Source: Eledone cirrhosa (taxonomy: Eukaryota). From it: a DNA stretch of 64,000 bases. The DNA lies in assembly GCA_964016885.1 (NCBI GenBank), contig OZ024759.1:3534001-3598000 (forward strand). The letters run 5' to 3'. The notes beneath the pieces are model-generated. The model had not been told where the DNA came from and ran no database searches. It saw only the letters and a program-made list of their open reading frames with translations. The translations under genes and the position numbers were made by a program. Each line of letters starts with the position of its first letter. Within the stretch, counting starts at the first letter, position 1. Positions 1-12,946 of this stretch are shown here, in pieces.

Positions 1-314
1 TCATAAATTGATATCTTGTCAGAATGAAGTAGTGAGGATGACTTTATATCTTTAGCTACAGATTTGATAGGAAATATATATAGATTAGATTGATATGTGG
101 TCTAAAATATATATATTGTCTATAAATGACTGATAGCAGATGTTCTGGTGAAATAGTAGTTTTACTACTACAGATTGTAATGGAACTCTTAGTAGACACA
201 ATTGTAAAGTAAGAATAGATATGACAGTGTAAGACTGATGTCGGGGAAATAAACTTGTGTATATATATATAATTGTTACACAAGATATAATTAGATTAAT
301 TAAAGTTATAATTG

Positions 315-495
315 TTTCTACTTTAGGCACAAGGCCAGCAAAGACCCAGTGCATTACCGGTACTTTATTTTATCAACCCCGTAAGGATGAAAGGCAAAGT
401 CAACCTCGGCGGGATTTGAACTCAGATCGTAAAGGGACGTAACTATGCTGGAAAGCATGGCGTCCGACCCTCTACCGATACTGCCAATTCACCGC
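315..495 (-). mobile_element. tRNA-derived SINE, family 1
   Basis: The minus strand has an A-box-like GGCAGTATCGGTAGAG and a B-box GAGTTCAAATCCC, followed by a body ending ...CCTTGTGCCTAAAGTAGAAA. Near-identical copies occur at 15698, 22930, 24428, 28808, 32105 and 50898. Confidence 0.8.
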
Positions 496-729
496 AATGA
501 AGGCAGCAGGTACTCGGTATCGTTGCGCATGTTTCAACTCTCTTCCCGGTGTCATACGTTAAAAGTCCCTGATATAATTTAATACCTTCAGACACAGTTC
601 CAATCGTTTTTAGTTTATTGTAAATCAGAAAGTATCACTCTATAAAATATCAATTATATATCAATAAGAAAACCTCTAGGTAGTCTCACTGACTGCTAGA
701 AATAGCAGCGATATTACCCATTACAACTG

Positions 730-760
<31 letters not shown>

Positions 761-883
761 CACACATATATGTACGTATGTATGTATATGTGTATATATG
801 TGTATGAATGAGTATGTATGTGTGTATATGTGTACATAGGGTTTTGGTATATGTACGTTTGGTGAACATATGTGTATTTACCT

Positions 884-1385
884 GTAGGTATGTGTGAGTG
901 TGCGTTCTATACGCATTTATGCGTGTATATTTATATATGTATTTATAATTATATGTATATATACACACACAAACATATATTTATATGTGTATTTGGTGCA
1001 TACAATCGTATGTGTGCGGGTATATGTGTTGCGCCGGTTTACGTCCGTGCGCGCCTGTTTATGTGTACGTATATGTATATGCATGCATGCCGTGAGTTTT
1101 CGCATATGCTCGTGTATAAATGTGTGTATGTATATATTTAATTATTATTACTTTTATGATTTTAATGACATCTGTCATTTTCGTTCAACTAATTTATTTA
1201 CATTATTCTGGACTCCGAAGCCGAGCATCATTCAGTTTCCTTAATAGAATATTAGTCTACGACTCCATTTACACTATAAACGTGGTTTTGTCTTTACGTG
1301 TAATTGTTGTCACCGCTCCACATAACGACGTATTATCTTCTTTTTCCCGTTCATTGCCAGGGAACGTCTTCACGAATCAAAGCAT
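884..1385. repeat. Dispersed repeat of unclassified family; second copy at 46212-46862
   Basis: Shares GTAGGTATGTGTG...AATAGAATATTAGTCTACGAC...GACGTATTATCTTC...TTGCCAGGGAACGT with 46212-46862. Confidence 0.6.
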
Positions 1386-1397
1386 AAATTATTTTCA

Positions 1398-1958
1398 CGA
1401 GCTGACGTACCCAGCTTCGCCCGGGTAAATAGATGATAAAAGAAAAGGTCCCTATTTACTCCCTTCACAACTCTGTATGTTAGACTGACAGACAGGCACA
1501 CAGACAGATAAACTGCGTGGCGATTGTGGAACGCCACACGTATACACACATACACGCACACAAACTTACACACGCACCCGTGCACTTACACACACGCACA
1601 CACTCACACATGTTGATAGTTTTTACTTTCTGTGGAACGCTGCACGCACGCACACATACATAAACATACGCGCACGTACATACACACGCACACATGTTAA
1701 TAGTTATTGCTTTACTCCCCCTCTTATTTCCACACACATCACACACACACACGTCTCTACACTGACACATATACATAGTGTATCCAACACAGCGTTCACT
1801 TTGCCTCTCTCTCGCCTCTCACTCTCTCATTGGCATTATACATATTAATTTAAGTTTGGCGTCGTTGAGGTGGGCGGAGTCGTTAGAAACCTATGAACCA
1901 ATGATAATCGAGAATTATGACACACGGAATATTGACATTGTTGAAATTAATATATAGA
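1398..1958 (-). mobile_element. Non-autonomous Helitron (deletion derivative)
   Basis: Minus-strand 5' end TCTATATATTAATTTC at 1958. The 3' end is hairpin ACCCGGGCGAAGCTGGGT + ACGTCAG + CTCG (variant of CTAG) at 1398, followed by T. The body 1447-1958 is homologous to 7388-7797. Confidence 0.8.
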
Positions 1959-4900
1959 CTAGCTGACGTACCCAGCTTCGCCCGGGTAAACAGATGATAA
2001 GAGAAGACAGGTAAAAGAGAAAATGTCTGTATTGGATGTTTGTCTGGTTACAGTGTGAGGCGAGTCCGTGTTGTCTGTGTGATACAAAAAAACTGTAAAA
2101 GAAATCTTCCAGATATACCAGATTCTTCGTTGTCCGGTTTGTGCATAGTATATGAACAATTCTAGGTGCTCCCACCTAGAATAGTGACCTCTAGGAGATG
2201 GTTCCTCTTCGGCCTGACTGGAAAACGTGTATCATTGCATAGACGTGGTTGTTCCACGTTTCTCAAAAGGATGATGGAAGTTCCAATCTGTTATATTATA
2301 TGTAGATATAGATATAGATAATTAATAAAAAAGATGTCCGTCAATGTAAAGAAGGTCCCTATTTACTTGAAATGGTTTATACAAATGCCAAATTAATATG
2401 GATATGGATAACATGCTTATCTATAAGTGGTCAGCTATAATAATAAACCAACAAATTATATGACACAAACATTTATTCAGTAATTTCCAGGCTCTTAGCC
2501 ACTGAGTAATAGACAGTCAATATTGCCCAGAGTTCAACTCGGGGAGGTGGCCTGGTTTGAACTCAAAATGGCGGATCCTTCTACTTCGAAAATAGAATGG
2601 TTTTTCAATATTACTCTAGCCCTGGCCGGCCATAGGCACCAAACTTTTTGCCAGACTCAGCATATGATGAGGTTTTATTACCACTGCAATCAGAAGCGAT
2701 AAATTTGAAGGCAATTTCTACCAATACTTGTTGGTTTTTATTGCTCATTATCGACAATAAATGACATTGAACATAAATGATAACTCTGCCAAAGCTCACA
2801 ATACAGATGAAAGGAAACCAATGTCCGAATCATATACGTCGCTTATTGATAGCATTAAAGATATGCATACATCAGCTCAAAGCTTCATTATAGACAATAT
2901 TTAGGTTTGTTCCTCTGTTAGTGGTATCAATTGCAAATTTTATACCATCAGGATCGCACACTCGAGATGCAGCAACATACAGTTGCCCATGGCTGGATCA
3001 TTCAAGCAGACACCGACTCGCTTGAAAGTCTGTCCCTGTGCCTTGTTGACAGTCATGGAGAAGGCCAAATTGACGGGAAACTGTCTCCTTTGCCAAATAA
3101 ATGGCAGCAGATCTTCACTTGGTCTCAGCATGATCCTCGGAATGAGAACCGATTCCTCTCTGCCTGGGAGTTTAGCTTCTAAAACTCTTCCGTTAATCAA
3201 TCTCTCAACAATCAATCTGGTACCATTGCAAAGACCCATTTTATGATTGATATTTCTAAGCAATATAATCGGCAAACCCTTTTTCAACCTCAAAATATGT
3301 GGGGGAAATCCGGGTATTTGAAGTGAATTCAGATACTCAGTCGGAACATCCATACTGTTCTGCTGATTAGGCTCCATTGCATCCGCACTGACGGTCAACC
3401 ATTCCTCTCCAGGAAACATTCCGGCTACTTGTGAATTTATTTCATCGACCGTTGCATTCGTATGAGTTAGAATAACACGTTCCGATATTCAGGAGAGATT
3501 CTGCCAAAAAGCATTCAAATTAGGGAACACCCAGTCAATCAAGCCTTGGCGGTCCAGTGGCATGACCAAATGGTCTGGGATTCATACAGTCTGATTATCA
3601 CCAACGTGTGGCAATTCATCGTTTCCCAACTGCATCAACCATCGGCCGTATGTCTCAGCCTCTTCGTTTTGCCCGAACATAGGAAGTCGCATATTATCGT
3701 GTAATCGCAAAACTCTGAAATGGCGCCACAATGGGTACTTTTTCAGACATGCATCGACAATTTGCGCTCTTTGAGCATTCCTAACAATTGGTAGCACCTG
3801 TCTGAAATCGCCACCAAGAACGATAGTCTTACCACTGAATGGCAGGTCACTACCGCAGATATCTCTCAAAGTTCTGTCCAATGCCTCCAGCAAATATCTG
3901 TGTGCCATTGGAGCCTCGTCCCAAATAATCAGAGACGTATTGCGTATAAGGCCCGCGAGTTCACTTTGTCCTGTAATATTACAGACACTCAACTCATCTG
4001 GAGCCAATGGAGCCTTGAAGCATGAGTGGAAGGTCCTTACACCACTCAGCAAAGTGGCAGCGATGCCCCTGGTGGGCACAGGGAGAGCAATCTTCCTCTG
4101 AGCTCTGACTGCCGATAACATAGTGTTGAAACAGAATGTCTTTCCGGTGCCTCCTGGAACATCTATGAAAGCACAAAGTTGCTCATTAGTGGAAATCGAG
4201 TGGAGAGCGCCATCGACCAATTCTCTGTGAGATTGGGTCAACATTGGCATACGTTCATCCACAATACGTTGCTGTTCCAGTGGATCAAACTGGAATAGTT
4301 CCCTCCGATCGAGTGGCAACCGTCTAAGCTGCAATCTCATGTTCAATGCTAAGACACGTTGCCGCATTTCTTCATCAGGAATTGGTAAATTGAAATCTGT
4401 TAAACATTTCAAATGAACTTCGAGCAGTTGCTCAATATTGAGCAAAACAATAGCTTTCAGCAAATTTTCATCATAGACCTGAAGATGATGCCTAAAATCA
4501 TCAGCCATAATTCCCCAATGGCGTTCAAATAACTCTCTTGGATCGGCAGGTTTGCAGAATCCTAGAATCGTGACAAATAACTGCCTTATTCGAGCTGGCA
4601 TCTGTGTTGTTCCTGCAGCTTCCATGGCGTTATTCCATTCAGCGTCATCCTGAAGGAGTCCCAGATGCTGACCCACAGCCTGGTATCTTTTATATTCCAC
4701 GCCATTGATTGTTTTCAAATCAGCGAAGCTCTGTTTACCTCTCGAAAAATCACTATGCAACAGAACTCGGAGATAAAACACATCACCAGATGCTGGATGG
4801 ACATTACAAACCCGTCCAATAGTCATGAATCTCAACTTTTGTTTTCTATCATTCCATTTCTTTCCCTTCTTATCCCACGTATAGTGCGAAGGGAAATCGC

Positions 4901-7797
4901 AGTAGAGTTGCTTTTGATCCGGGTTCAAAGCATGTTCCCTATTATGCTTGAACCACTCAGTCAATTCCGTCTTAGGAGGTGGTGCGTTAGCAATTCTTTC
5001 GATACCTCTTCTAGTGTCCTTAAAACAGACCATTTGCCTATTCTCTAAGTGAACCGTCAGTTTCTGAACGCTGGGTTTGCGTTCAATGAGATCAAAATCG
5101 AACAATCTCCAGCAAGCTTCGCTAGATCCAATCGAGCGAACATCCTGGAACCTGCCAACTTCATCTCCTTGGTTCACTTCCTCATTCCTGACATTCATCA
5201 TTGCCCCATCATGACCTTTGTAAACATACTTGAATAGATATTTGCAAGCTTTCACTGAGCTACAAATTTCCACATTAATATGACAACGATATTTCATAAT
5301 CAAATATGGATTGTATGGCACAACCCATTGATTTGTAACCTGTCGACCGTTTACATTTTCGACCAAACCGCCATCGGCAGGCGACCGTCTTCTGTATGAG
5401 GGATGAGCATCCCCATCATTCCAGGAAGTGTTCGTGACAAAAGATTTCGGAAAGTGCTTACTGCATTGGCCATTTTTCATGCAAGGCGCTTTCCGATTTG
5501 CCACTCCGCATTGGTTGTGCACCATTGACTTTGCCACCAAGTTGCATAGTGCCTCATTCTCCGGCAGTTCAGCACACACAATGCTGTCGACATCCTCAGC
5601 ACATCACAATTTGCAATCTCTATGTAAAATGAGCAGCAAATGTGCATGTGGCAATCCTCTTTTTTGGAATTCAATTACGTATGTAAAAGCAACTATACCT
5701 CCAAAGATTCCCTCTTTTTCCACATCATCCATTATTTTTTTCAGATATCCTTTGAATACTCTTGCCACAATATCAGGACGGTCCTTTGGCTGTTGTCCTG
5801 GCAAAAGTGCATCCTTAATATCAGTCCATTCAGGATTGCATGTAACTGTTATAAACAAATCTGGCTTTCCAAACTTTCTGACAATAGCCATTGCATCCTG
5901 ATAGCGAATGTTCATATATCTCGGGCCGCCGATGAACGACGATGGCAAAATGATGCGTCGACCAATTTGCTTGTAATTGGCATCATCGGCTGTTATCGCA
6001 TCCTGTATATTATTATACAATTCAGCTCTGATATGTTGCTGATGTGTAGCTATATAATTTAGCCTTTGATTTTCGATCTTTGCGTATGCCATACAACAGT
6101 ATTCCTGGAACAATCTGCTGGCTTGAAATAGCGCATTTCTCTGTTGATTCCTCTCGTTCAAATGGAACGCGTAAAAGTCGCAAATCGAATTATTGTGTCT
6201 ATTGCCACCTCCCTGTTGATGCTGATTCTCATAATCATCTAAATGAACAGACATGCTCCATCCATTTTCACCTTTTGGGAATAAAAGAACATAATGCAAT
6301 GGATGGTATGTCCTATTTGACTCATTGATAGTGTTGAGACCACCATCTCTGCGATTGAGGGCGATATCTCTCGATCCAGGCTTATCGTCCATCAACACAG
6401 CAACTTCACGAAATCCTTCAGGGGCATTATATCGCCGTTCGTGTTGATTCCTTGGCACTGCGTCAGCCTTAATCATCAATGTTTGTTGCTGAACATTTTG
6501 CAGTTCAGCCACCAACATGAAATCCATAACATAAGGATTACACTGTCTAAGCCATGATTGCAAATCATGGATCAAATCACTTAACCTTTGCCGTTCAAGT
6601 TCAGTTATATTTCCCGGCAACTTCATCCAACCGATCCTGATATCCTCCTCCGATTCACTATAATCTGGATCGTTAACGTAAATTTGAGCGAATCAAGGCC
6701 TCTCTCCTGGGGTAACTTCTAAATTACCGATACAATGATACAAACGGCATTGAATGACGACATTCGGTTGCCATGCTCCACTCTCAAACATCTAACTCTC
6801 TGCGATGCTAAAGCTAATAAATTGTTAATTTGCCGCGAATATTTGCGCAGTAATCTACCTCGGTCTCATTGATCACCCCACATACTTAGTATTTTAAACT
6901 CCGGTGACTCCCCATCATCCGGCATTCGCAAGGGTTCTAGTTGAACTGCTCCTTTGTGACAGCACATTGTGGTCCACGTCTTTTCGTGCCACCAAAGCAA
7001 TGCTCCACAATGTGGAGACTCTGCTCGTCCACCAATCTGACAGTGACACGGTTGCCATGATCCATTTTTAATATCATTCGTTCGCCTTCTAGCCTCTTTA
7101 CTGGAATGAGGAGCACTTTGCGACACATTCCCTGAACTTCTGTATTGCGCTGGCGCTGTTCAGCCAGCTCCTCTTCATCCATCGGAGCACGCCATTGCTG
7201 CTGAATTCTGGCCACCTGCTGATGATGCTCAGCCAGTTCGTTTTTCAACCATCGCAGCACTCCGTCGCCGCTGTAGTTCACTGTTTGATAAAGTCGAATT
7301 GCTTTTCTTATCAGTATTCATTTGGAGCAATTGTAAAAAAAAATGACACAATAATAAATATAAAAGATGTCCGTCAATGTAAAGAAATGTCCCTATTTAC
7401 TCCCTTCACAACTCTGTGTATGACAGACAGGCACACAGACAGATAAACTGCGCGGCGATTGTGGAACGTCACACGCATACACGCATGGAAACGCGCACAC
7501 GCACGCAAACTTACACACGCACACACTCACACATGTTGATAGTTTTTACTTTCTGTGGAACACTGCACGCACGCACACACACATAAACATACGCGCACAT
7601 ACATACACACGCATACATGTTAATAGTTATTGAACACAGTGTTCACACTCTCCCCTCTCACTCCCTCATTGGCATTATGCATATTAATTTCAGTTTGGCG
7701 TCGTTGGGGTGGGCGGAGTCCTTTGAAACCTATGAACCAATGATAATCGAGAATTGTGACACACGGAATACTGACGTTCTTCAAATTAATAAATAGA
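1959..7797 (-). mobile_element. Autonomous-type Helitron (inactivated)
   Basis: 5' A|TCTATTTATTAAT at 7797. The 3' subterminal hairpin ACCCGGGCGAAGCTGGGT is followed by CTAG at 1959-1962. Contains a Rep/helicase reading frame. Confidence 0.9.
2872..7281 (-). pseudogene. Helitron RepHel transposase (HUH Rep endonuclease + PIF1-family SF1B helicase), disrupted
   Basis: N-terminal HCGALLWWHE..CC Cys motif (~6900-7020). Rep motifs GKPDLFITVTCNPEW, YVIEFQKRGLPHAHLL and KYLFKYVYKG. Helicase motifs GGTGKT, IIWDEAPM, GGDFRQVLP, RRQFPVNLAFSMTVNKAQGQT, and frameshifted SHGQLYVAASRV ending NIVYNEALS* at 2872. Frameshifts at ~5600 and ~2990, stops at 3582 and ~3490. Confidence 0.93.
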
Positions 7798-8590
7798 TAT
7801 ATATATATCATCATCATCATCATCATCATCATCATTTTACGTCCGCTTTTCTCTGCTTGCAAGCCATGTGCCTCTTCCTATATATACATATATACTATAT
7901 ACATATACACACATATACATATATATATGTATATATATATATGTATATATATATACGTAATTAATACATGCATACATTTATTTTTTTTAAATTAATTGAG
8001 TTCTTAACACGCAGGATTAAAATTGTTTTTAAAAAAACTAATTAACCCACGTGTATATTATTTTACTTTCTTGTGTTTCGCGATTGCCTCCCTTTTCCCC
8101 TTCGTGACGCTGTGAAATTCCTCAGTCTAGGACTGCTGGAATTTCAAATTTGGCGGTCATTATGATGCGTGAAGGGACGACTTAGCTGACACGAAAAATA
8201 ACTGCAGTAAGAAATGTTTTCTTATATCAATGTTTGAAGGGCATCCACTGATGATTTATAAGTGCCCACCTGCATATGTTCTTACAGAAAAATATGTAGG
8301 CTTCTACATAAACCGGAAACATTCTCCCAACTTGTAGAAAACTTATAATGAAACAATTGTTTGGAAAGAGAGATATATTTTAATTTTAATTATATCTCAT
8401 ATAAAATAATACAACTGGCTTTCCACAAAATACATATAGTTAGCACCCCAAACACAAAATTGGGATTATACTAAGGTATATCCTAATGTTTGTTGAGTGA
8501 GATGGTAGTCAGTCAGAGTTTAGCTTAAAGCTTTCTCTGTTATTGTATTAAATATATGTATATATATATATATATATGTATCTATATATA

Positions 8591-11500
8591 TCACCTTGAC
8601 CGACCAGTCTGTCGGGCGTCCATTCGACGCCGCTGGTCACAGCACGCCGTCCATTCCTCTCCGTATTGTGCTTTCCTCATCCATGTAGTCCCAATCATAT
8701 TCCTAAAATTATCTGCCACCTTCATGGAGGCCTTCCGAGTGGTCGCTTCCACTCGCACGGGTACCACTCCGCAACTGCGCAGGTCCGGTGATTATCGGTG
8801 AACCGGGCGACGTGTCCAGCCCATCTGAACTTGCTGCGTATATATTGCGCGATGACGTCCCTCACACCGGACTTCTGTCTAATGACTTCGCTCCTGATGT
8901 GCTCTCTCAACAAGATTCCTAGCATTGATCTCTCCATGGCTCTTTGAGCCGTTACCAGCCTCTGCTCTTCTCTCTTCGTTGTAGCCCAAGATTCACTGCC
9001 ATATAACATTGCAGGTAAAACTGAAGGGGTTGGCGTGGGTGGTCTTGTCCAACCTCCCCTTGAGCACATCCCTTATGCCGCTGAACGCCTTCCATCCCTT
9101 ACTCTCTGCGAGATCAGCCTCTCAATGTATTGGCGCATGTTCACTTCTTGTCCTAGGTAGACGTATTCCTCCACCTCCTCTATTTCATCACCACCAACCA
9201 CCATTCGACCTGTTGGTACGTTGTCGGACCGCATGAAGTTCGTTTTCATGCTGTTCATCTTGAGGCCTACTGCAGAGCTTTTGATGTCGAGCTCCGTCAG
9301 CATGGTCTGAAGCCGATCCGTGGTTTCAGCGATGAGTACGATGTCATCAGCGAAACGGAGGTGGGTAAGTATCTCCCCATTGATGGTGACACCGCCTTGC
9401 CAGTCAATGCCTCTGATGATCTGCTCGAGACACGCGGTGAAAACTTTTGGAGAGATCGTATCTCCTTGCTTCACTCCCTTCTCGACCGGCACTCGTACGG
9501 GTGATGACAGCAGAGCTGTGTCGGTGGTGCATCCGGAATTTGCCTCCTTGAGCAGTTGAACGTATTCTGCCTCGACTCCTTGCCTCTGCAGCGAGTTCAG
9601 CACTGCGTTGATTTCGACGCTGTCGAAGGCCTTCTTGTAGTCTACGAACGCGACGCAAAGAGGCATCTTGTACTCTTTTGCTTGCTCAAGCAGTTGTGTC
9701 AGAGTAAATATGTGGTCCATCGTGCTGTAGTTCTTCCGGAAGCCGGCTTGCTCTTTCGGTTGCGGTTCGTCCAGATGATGTGATAACCTGTTCAGGATTA
9801 TCTTCGTGAACAGCTTGTACACGTGAGACAGCAGGAATATGGGTCAGTAGTTCTTCAGATCTTGTCTATCGCCCTTCTTTTATAGCAGGATGGTATTCGA
9901 CTCTTTCCACTGCGAGGGTATTCTTCCCTCGTCCAGATCGTGTGTGAATCGCTCGGCGAGGATTTTCCAGAGCTGTTCTCCGCCTGACTTCAACACCTCC
10001 GATGTTATTCCGTCTTTCCCTGGCGCCTTTCCGCTTTTCATTACACCGACGGCTCTTTCCACCTCACCGACAAGGATGGGTGGCACATTTTCTTCCTGTT
10101 GGAGTGACGGCAACGGCTGCACATTCCCGGCAGACTTGAAGAGCTTGGTGTAGAAGTCTTCGTAAATCTTTTCCATCTCATTCTTGTCGCTGACCGGTAC
10201 TCCAGCTGTGTTCTTCAGGGTCGTCACCTCCGATCTGTACATTGCCATGTCCGTCTCGCATTTCTTGAGGCTCTTCTTTTCCTCTGCGGCCTTCAGGAGC
10301 TTCCCCATCCGGTATGCCTCGAAGTCTCTCTTCAGTTGCCGTATCACTCTGCTGAGAAGGGAATATTCGAGGTGATTTTCAGGTGTCCTCTTCATAATCT
10401 TCCTCTTCTCAAGCAACTTCATAGTTTCCTCCCAGACTCTTCCCTTCCGCTCCTTCGGGCACACACCCTTAGCCTTCCTCAAGCACTCCTTCAGTTTCCT
10501 TATCAGTGAGTCGTAGTCAGCGTCTATGCCGTCTCCTTTACACCACTTTTCCTGCATGATGGCTTCCTGCTGCTGCGCCTCGTTGAAGACCCAGACGCGT
10601 TCTCCCTTCGACGCCAAATGCAGCGCCTTCTTCTCCCTCGTCCGATCGATGACGACCTTCGGCCTCACCAGACGATGATCACTGCCAGTGTTAAATGGCG
10701 TTATGACGAAGACGTCCTGCAGTATACGTCGCTTGTCGACCAGGATGTAGTCGATCTCGTTTCCGTGCTCAGAATTTAGCGATACCCAGGTCCATCTTTT
10801 CTCCTCCTTCTTCCTGAATAGGCTGTTTCCGATGTAGAGCCGTCTCATCTCCGCCATGGTGACCAGACACTCTCCTCTCTCATTTCGATCTCCTAGGCCG
10901 AATTTTCTTACATACTCTTCCCCTTGCCGTCCCTGTCCGACCTTTGCGTTGAAGTCCCCCATCACGACGGTGTAAGTGGACTTCACAGCTAGCACTTTGT
11001 CTAGCTGGCGATAGAATTCTTCCACTTCCTCGTCGTCGCTGGCACTTGTGGGAGCGTAGGTCTGGATGATCTTGAGGGTGGCCTTCCCTGAGAGGTTTAT
11101 GTTCAGTACACCAATCCGTGACGATATGAACTGGCAAGAAGTGACCTTCGAAGCCCATTCCTTGCTTACGATAAACCCTATACCAATCTGGCATCCTCTG
11201 CTTTCCCGAGTCTCACGGCGCATCCATCTTGCCATCGGGAATTCGCCTCCTTCTTCTGGCGGGTCTTGCACAGCCCTAACACGTCCCACCTGATCTTCTT
11301 CTTCTCCTCCATTAGGTGGTTCAGTCCTTGCCCCCTGCCAAAGACCTGCAGTTGTATGTGCATATGGCAAGGTTAGTCCTGTTCCATGGCGGCCTTCGGG
11401 AACCTGCGATTCTTAGCAGCCTCTCGTCGCTCGGGTCGCACTCCGCCGTCATGGAGCAGCCCGATTGACTCGCAGGGTACTGAGGCCCTTTTCTTCGTGC

Positions 11501-11600
11501 TGTTTTAACCATAAGATGACGCCATCCCATTGGCTGGGCGGGCAGGCCGGTACCTCTTCAGTTTAGCTAGCTTTTGAACTCTAGAAGATGATGAATCATC
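8591..11600 (-). mobile_element. RTE-clade non-LTR retrotransposon (APE endonuclease + RT), near full length, with stops and frameshifts
   Basis: APE motifs IQTYAPTS, VMGDFNAKVG, EIDYILV and GSDHRLV. RT motifs KAPGKDGI, QAGFR, FVDYKKAFDSV, GVKQGDTISP, LRFADDIVL and YVYLG. C-terminus WAGHVAR..KRPLGRPP. Flanked by (TA)n. Confidence 0.92.
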
Positions 11601-11632
11601 TCTAGGACCCAATTCGGGTCAAACAAATAAAA

Positions 11633-11684
<52 letters not shown>

Positions 11685-11687
11685 CAT

Positions 11688-11824
11688 ATACTTGGGGAGG
11701 TTCATATTGTTGTAATAATATTGCCAGAAATAATAACAGAACACACTCACTGTTTGGTTGGTTTTCGCTTCTGTATCTTTTATATCTCCATAGTTAATTT
11801 ATTTGGCAATCAAAGAACTTTGTT

Positions 11825-11877
<53 letters not shown>

Positions 11878-12010
11878 GTATATTTAACCATTGGTCAATC
11901 AATGCCAAATAAATTAACTATGGAGATATAAAAGATACAGAAGCGAAAACCAACCAAACTGTTATTATTTCTGGCAATATTATTACAACAATATGAACCT
12001 CCCCAAGTAT

Positions 12011-12011
<1 letters not shown>
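11688..12011. repeat. Foldback element: ~110-bp inverted repeat around a (TA)n spacer
   Basis: 11688-11810 (ATACTTGGGGAGG...ATTTGGCA) is the reverse complement of 11903-12011 apart from one ~13-bp indel. Confidence 0.9.
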
Positions 12012-12101
<90 letters not shown>

Positions 12102-12213
12102 TATATACACACACACATATATATATACACACACACATATATATACACACACATATATATACACACACATATATATATACACACATATATATATATACAT
12201 ATATATATATACA

Positions 12214-12551
12214 CATCATCATCATCATTCTACGTCCACTTTTCCCTGCTTGCAAGGGTGGGATGGGAACTGATCCTGGCTTGATTTCTACAGCTGGATG
12301 CCCTTCCTAACACCAACCTCATTTACAGTGAGTGCTGGGTGCTTTTTTTGCCGTGGCACCTCCACGACCACTTTACAGTGGAATGATAGGGACCCCAGTC
12401 CCTATCATCTCATTTCTACAGCTGAGTAAACTGGAGCAATGTGAAATAAAGTGTCTTGCTCAAGGAAACAACGCATCACGTGGTCTGAGAATTGAACTCA
12501 CAACCTTTCGATTGCAAGGCCAATGCTCTAACTACTAAGCCATGTGCCTCC
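12214..12551 (-). mobile_element. tRNA-headed SINE with RTE-derived 3' tail (family 2)
   Basis: Head GGAGGCACATGGCTTAGTAGTTAGAGC..GAGTTCAATTC. The tail matches the 3' UTR of the LINE at 19330-19602 and ends in (GAT)n. Other copies at 35005 and 48380. Confidence 0.85.
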
Positions 12552-12599
12552 ATTCATATATATATACATATATATACACACACATATATATCTAAGTCT

Positions 12600-12876
12600 A
12601 AAGTCTGTCTTAAGCCAGCAGGCTCATTTGGCCGGTGCTTATACCGGTTTCATGGCGTGAAGTGAGTGGGAGTACAAGACTACCCCCTGGACAGGATGCC
12701 AGTCCATCGCAGGGTTAAACCTCCAGCTATTGCTGGTACACATTTTCAGCTGAGTAAACTGGAGCAACGTGAAATAAAGTGTCTTTCTCAAGGAAACAAC
12801 ACATCACCCGGTCCAAGAATGGAACTCACACCTTTCGATTGAAAGCCTAATGCTCTAACCACTAAGCCATGTGCCT

Positions 12877-12880
<4 letters not shown>
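12600..12880 (-). mobile_element. tRNA-headed SINE (family 3; same head as family 2, different body)
   Basis: Head GAAGGCACATGGCTTAGTGGTTAGAGC; body ...GACTGGCATCCTGTCCAGGGGG...ATGAAACCGG. Related decayed copies at ~23100-23260, 23360-23590 and 29200-29310. Confidence 0.7.

Positions 12881-12942
<62 letters not shown>

Positions 12943-12946
<4 letters not shown>

Noticed and set aside
714-1800. ORFs rich in Y/I/C/V/T/H (also 11700-14200 and 46200-47700)
   Set aside because: Translations of (TA)n/(CA)n-rich low-complexity tracts.
2530-2580. Short inverted repeat GAGTTCAA...TTGAACTC with an adjacent AAAATGGCGG (YY1-like) motif inside the Helitron
   Set aside because: Too short to distinguish from chance without family conservation data.
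3582-6626. Host PIF1 helicase gene or active Helitron
   Set aside because: Intronless, fused to Rep motifs within Helitron termini, and broken by stops and frameshifts.
7990-8520. Unassigned non-repetitive stretch between the Helitron and the RTE
   Set aside because: No convincing ORF, exon boundaries or termini; possibly an old transposon remnant, but this is not supportable.
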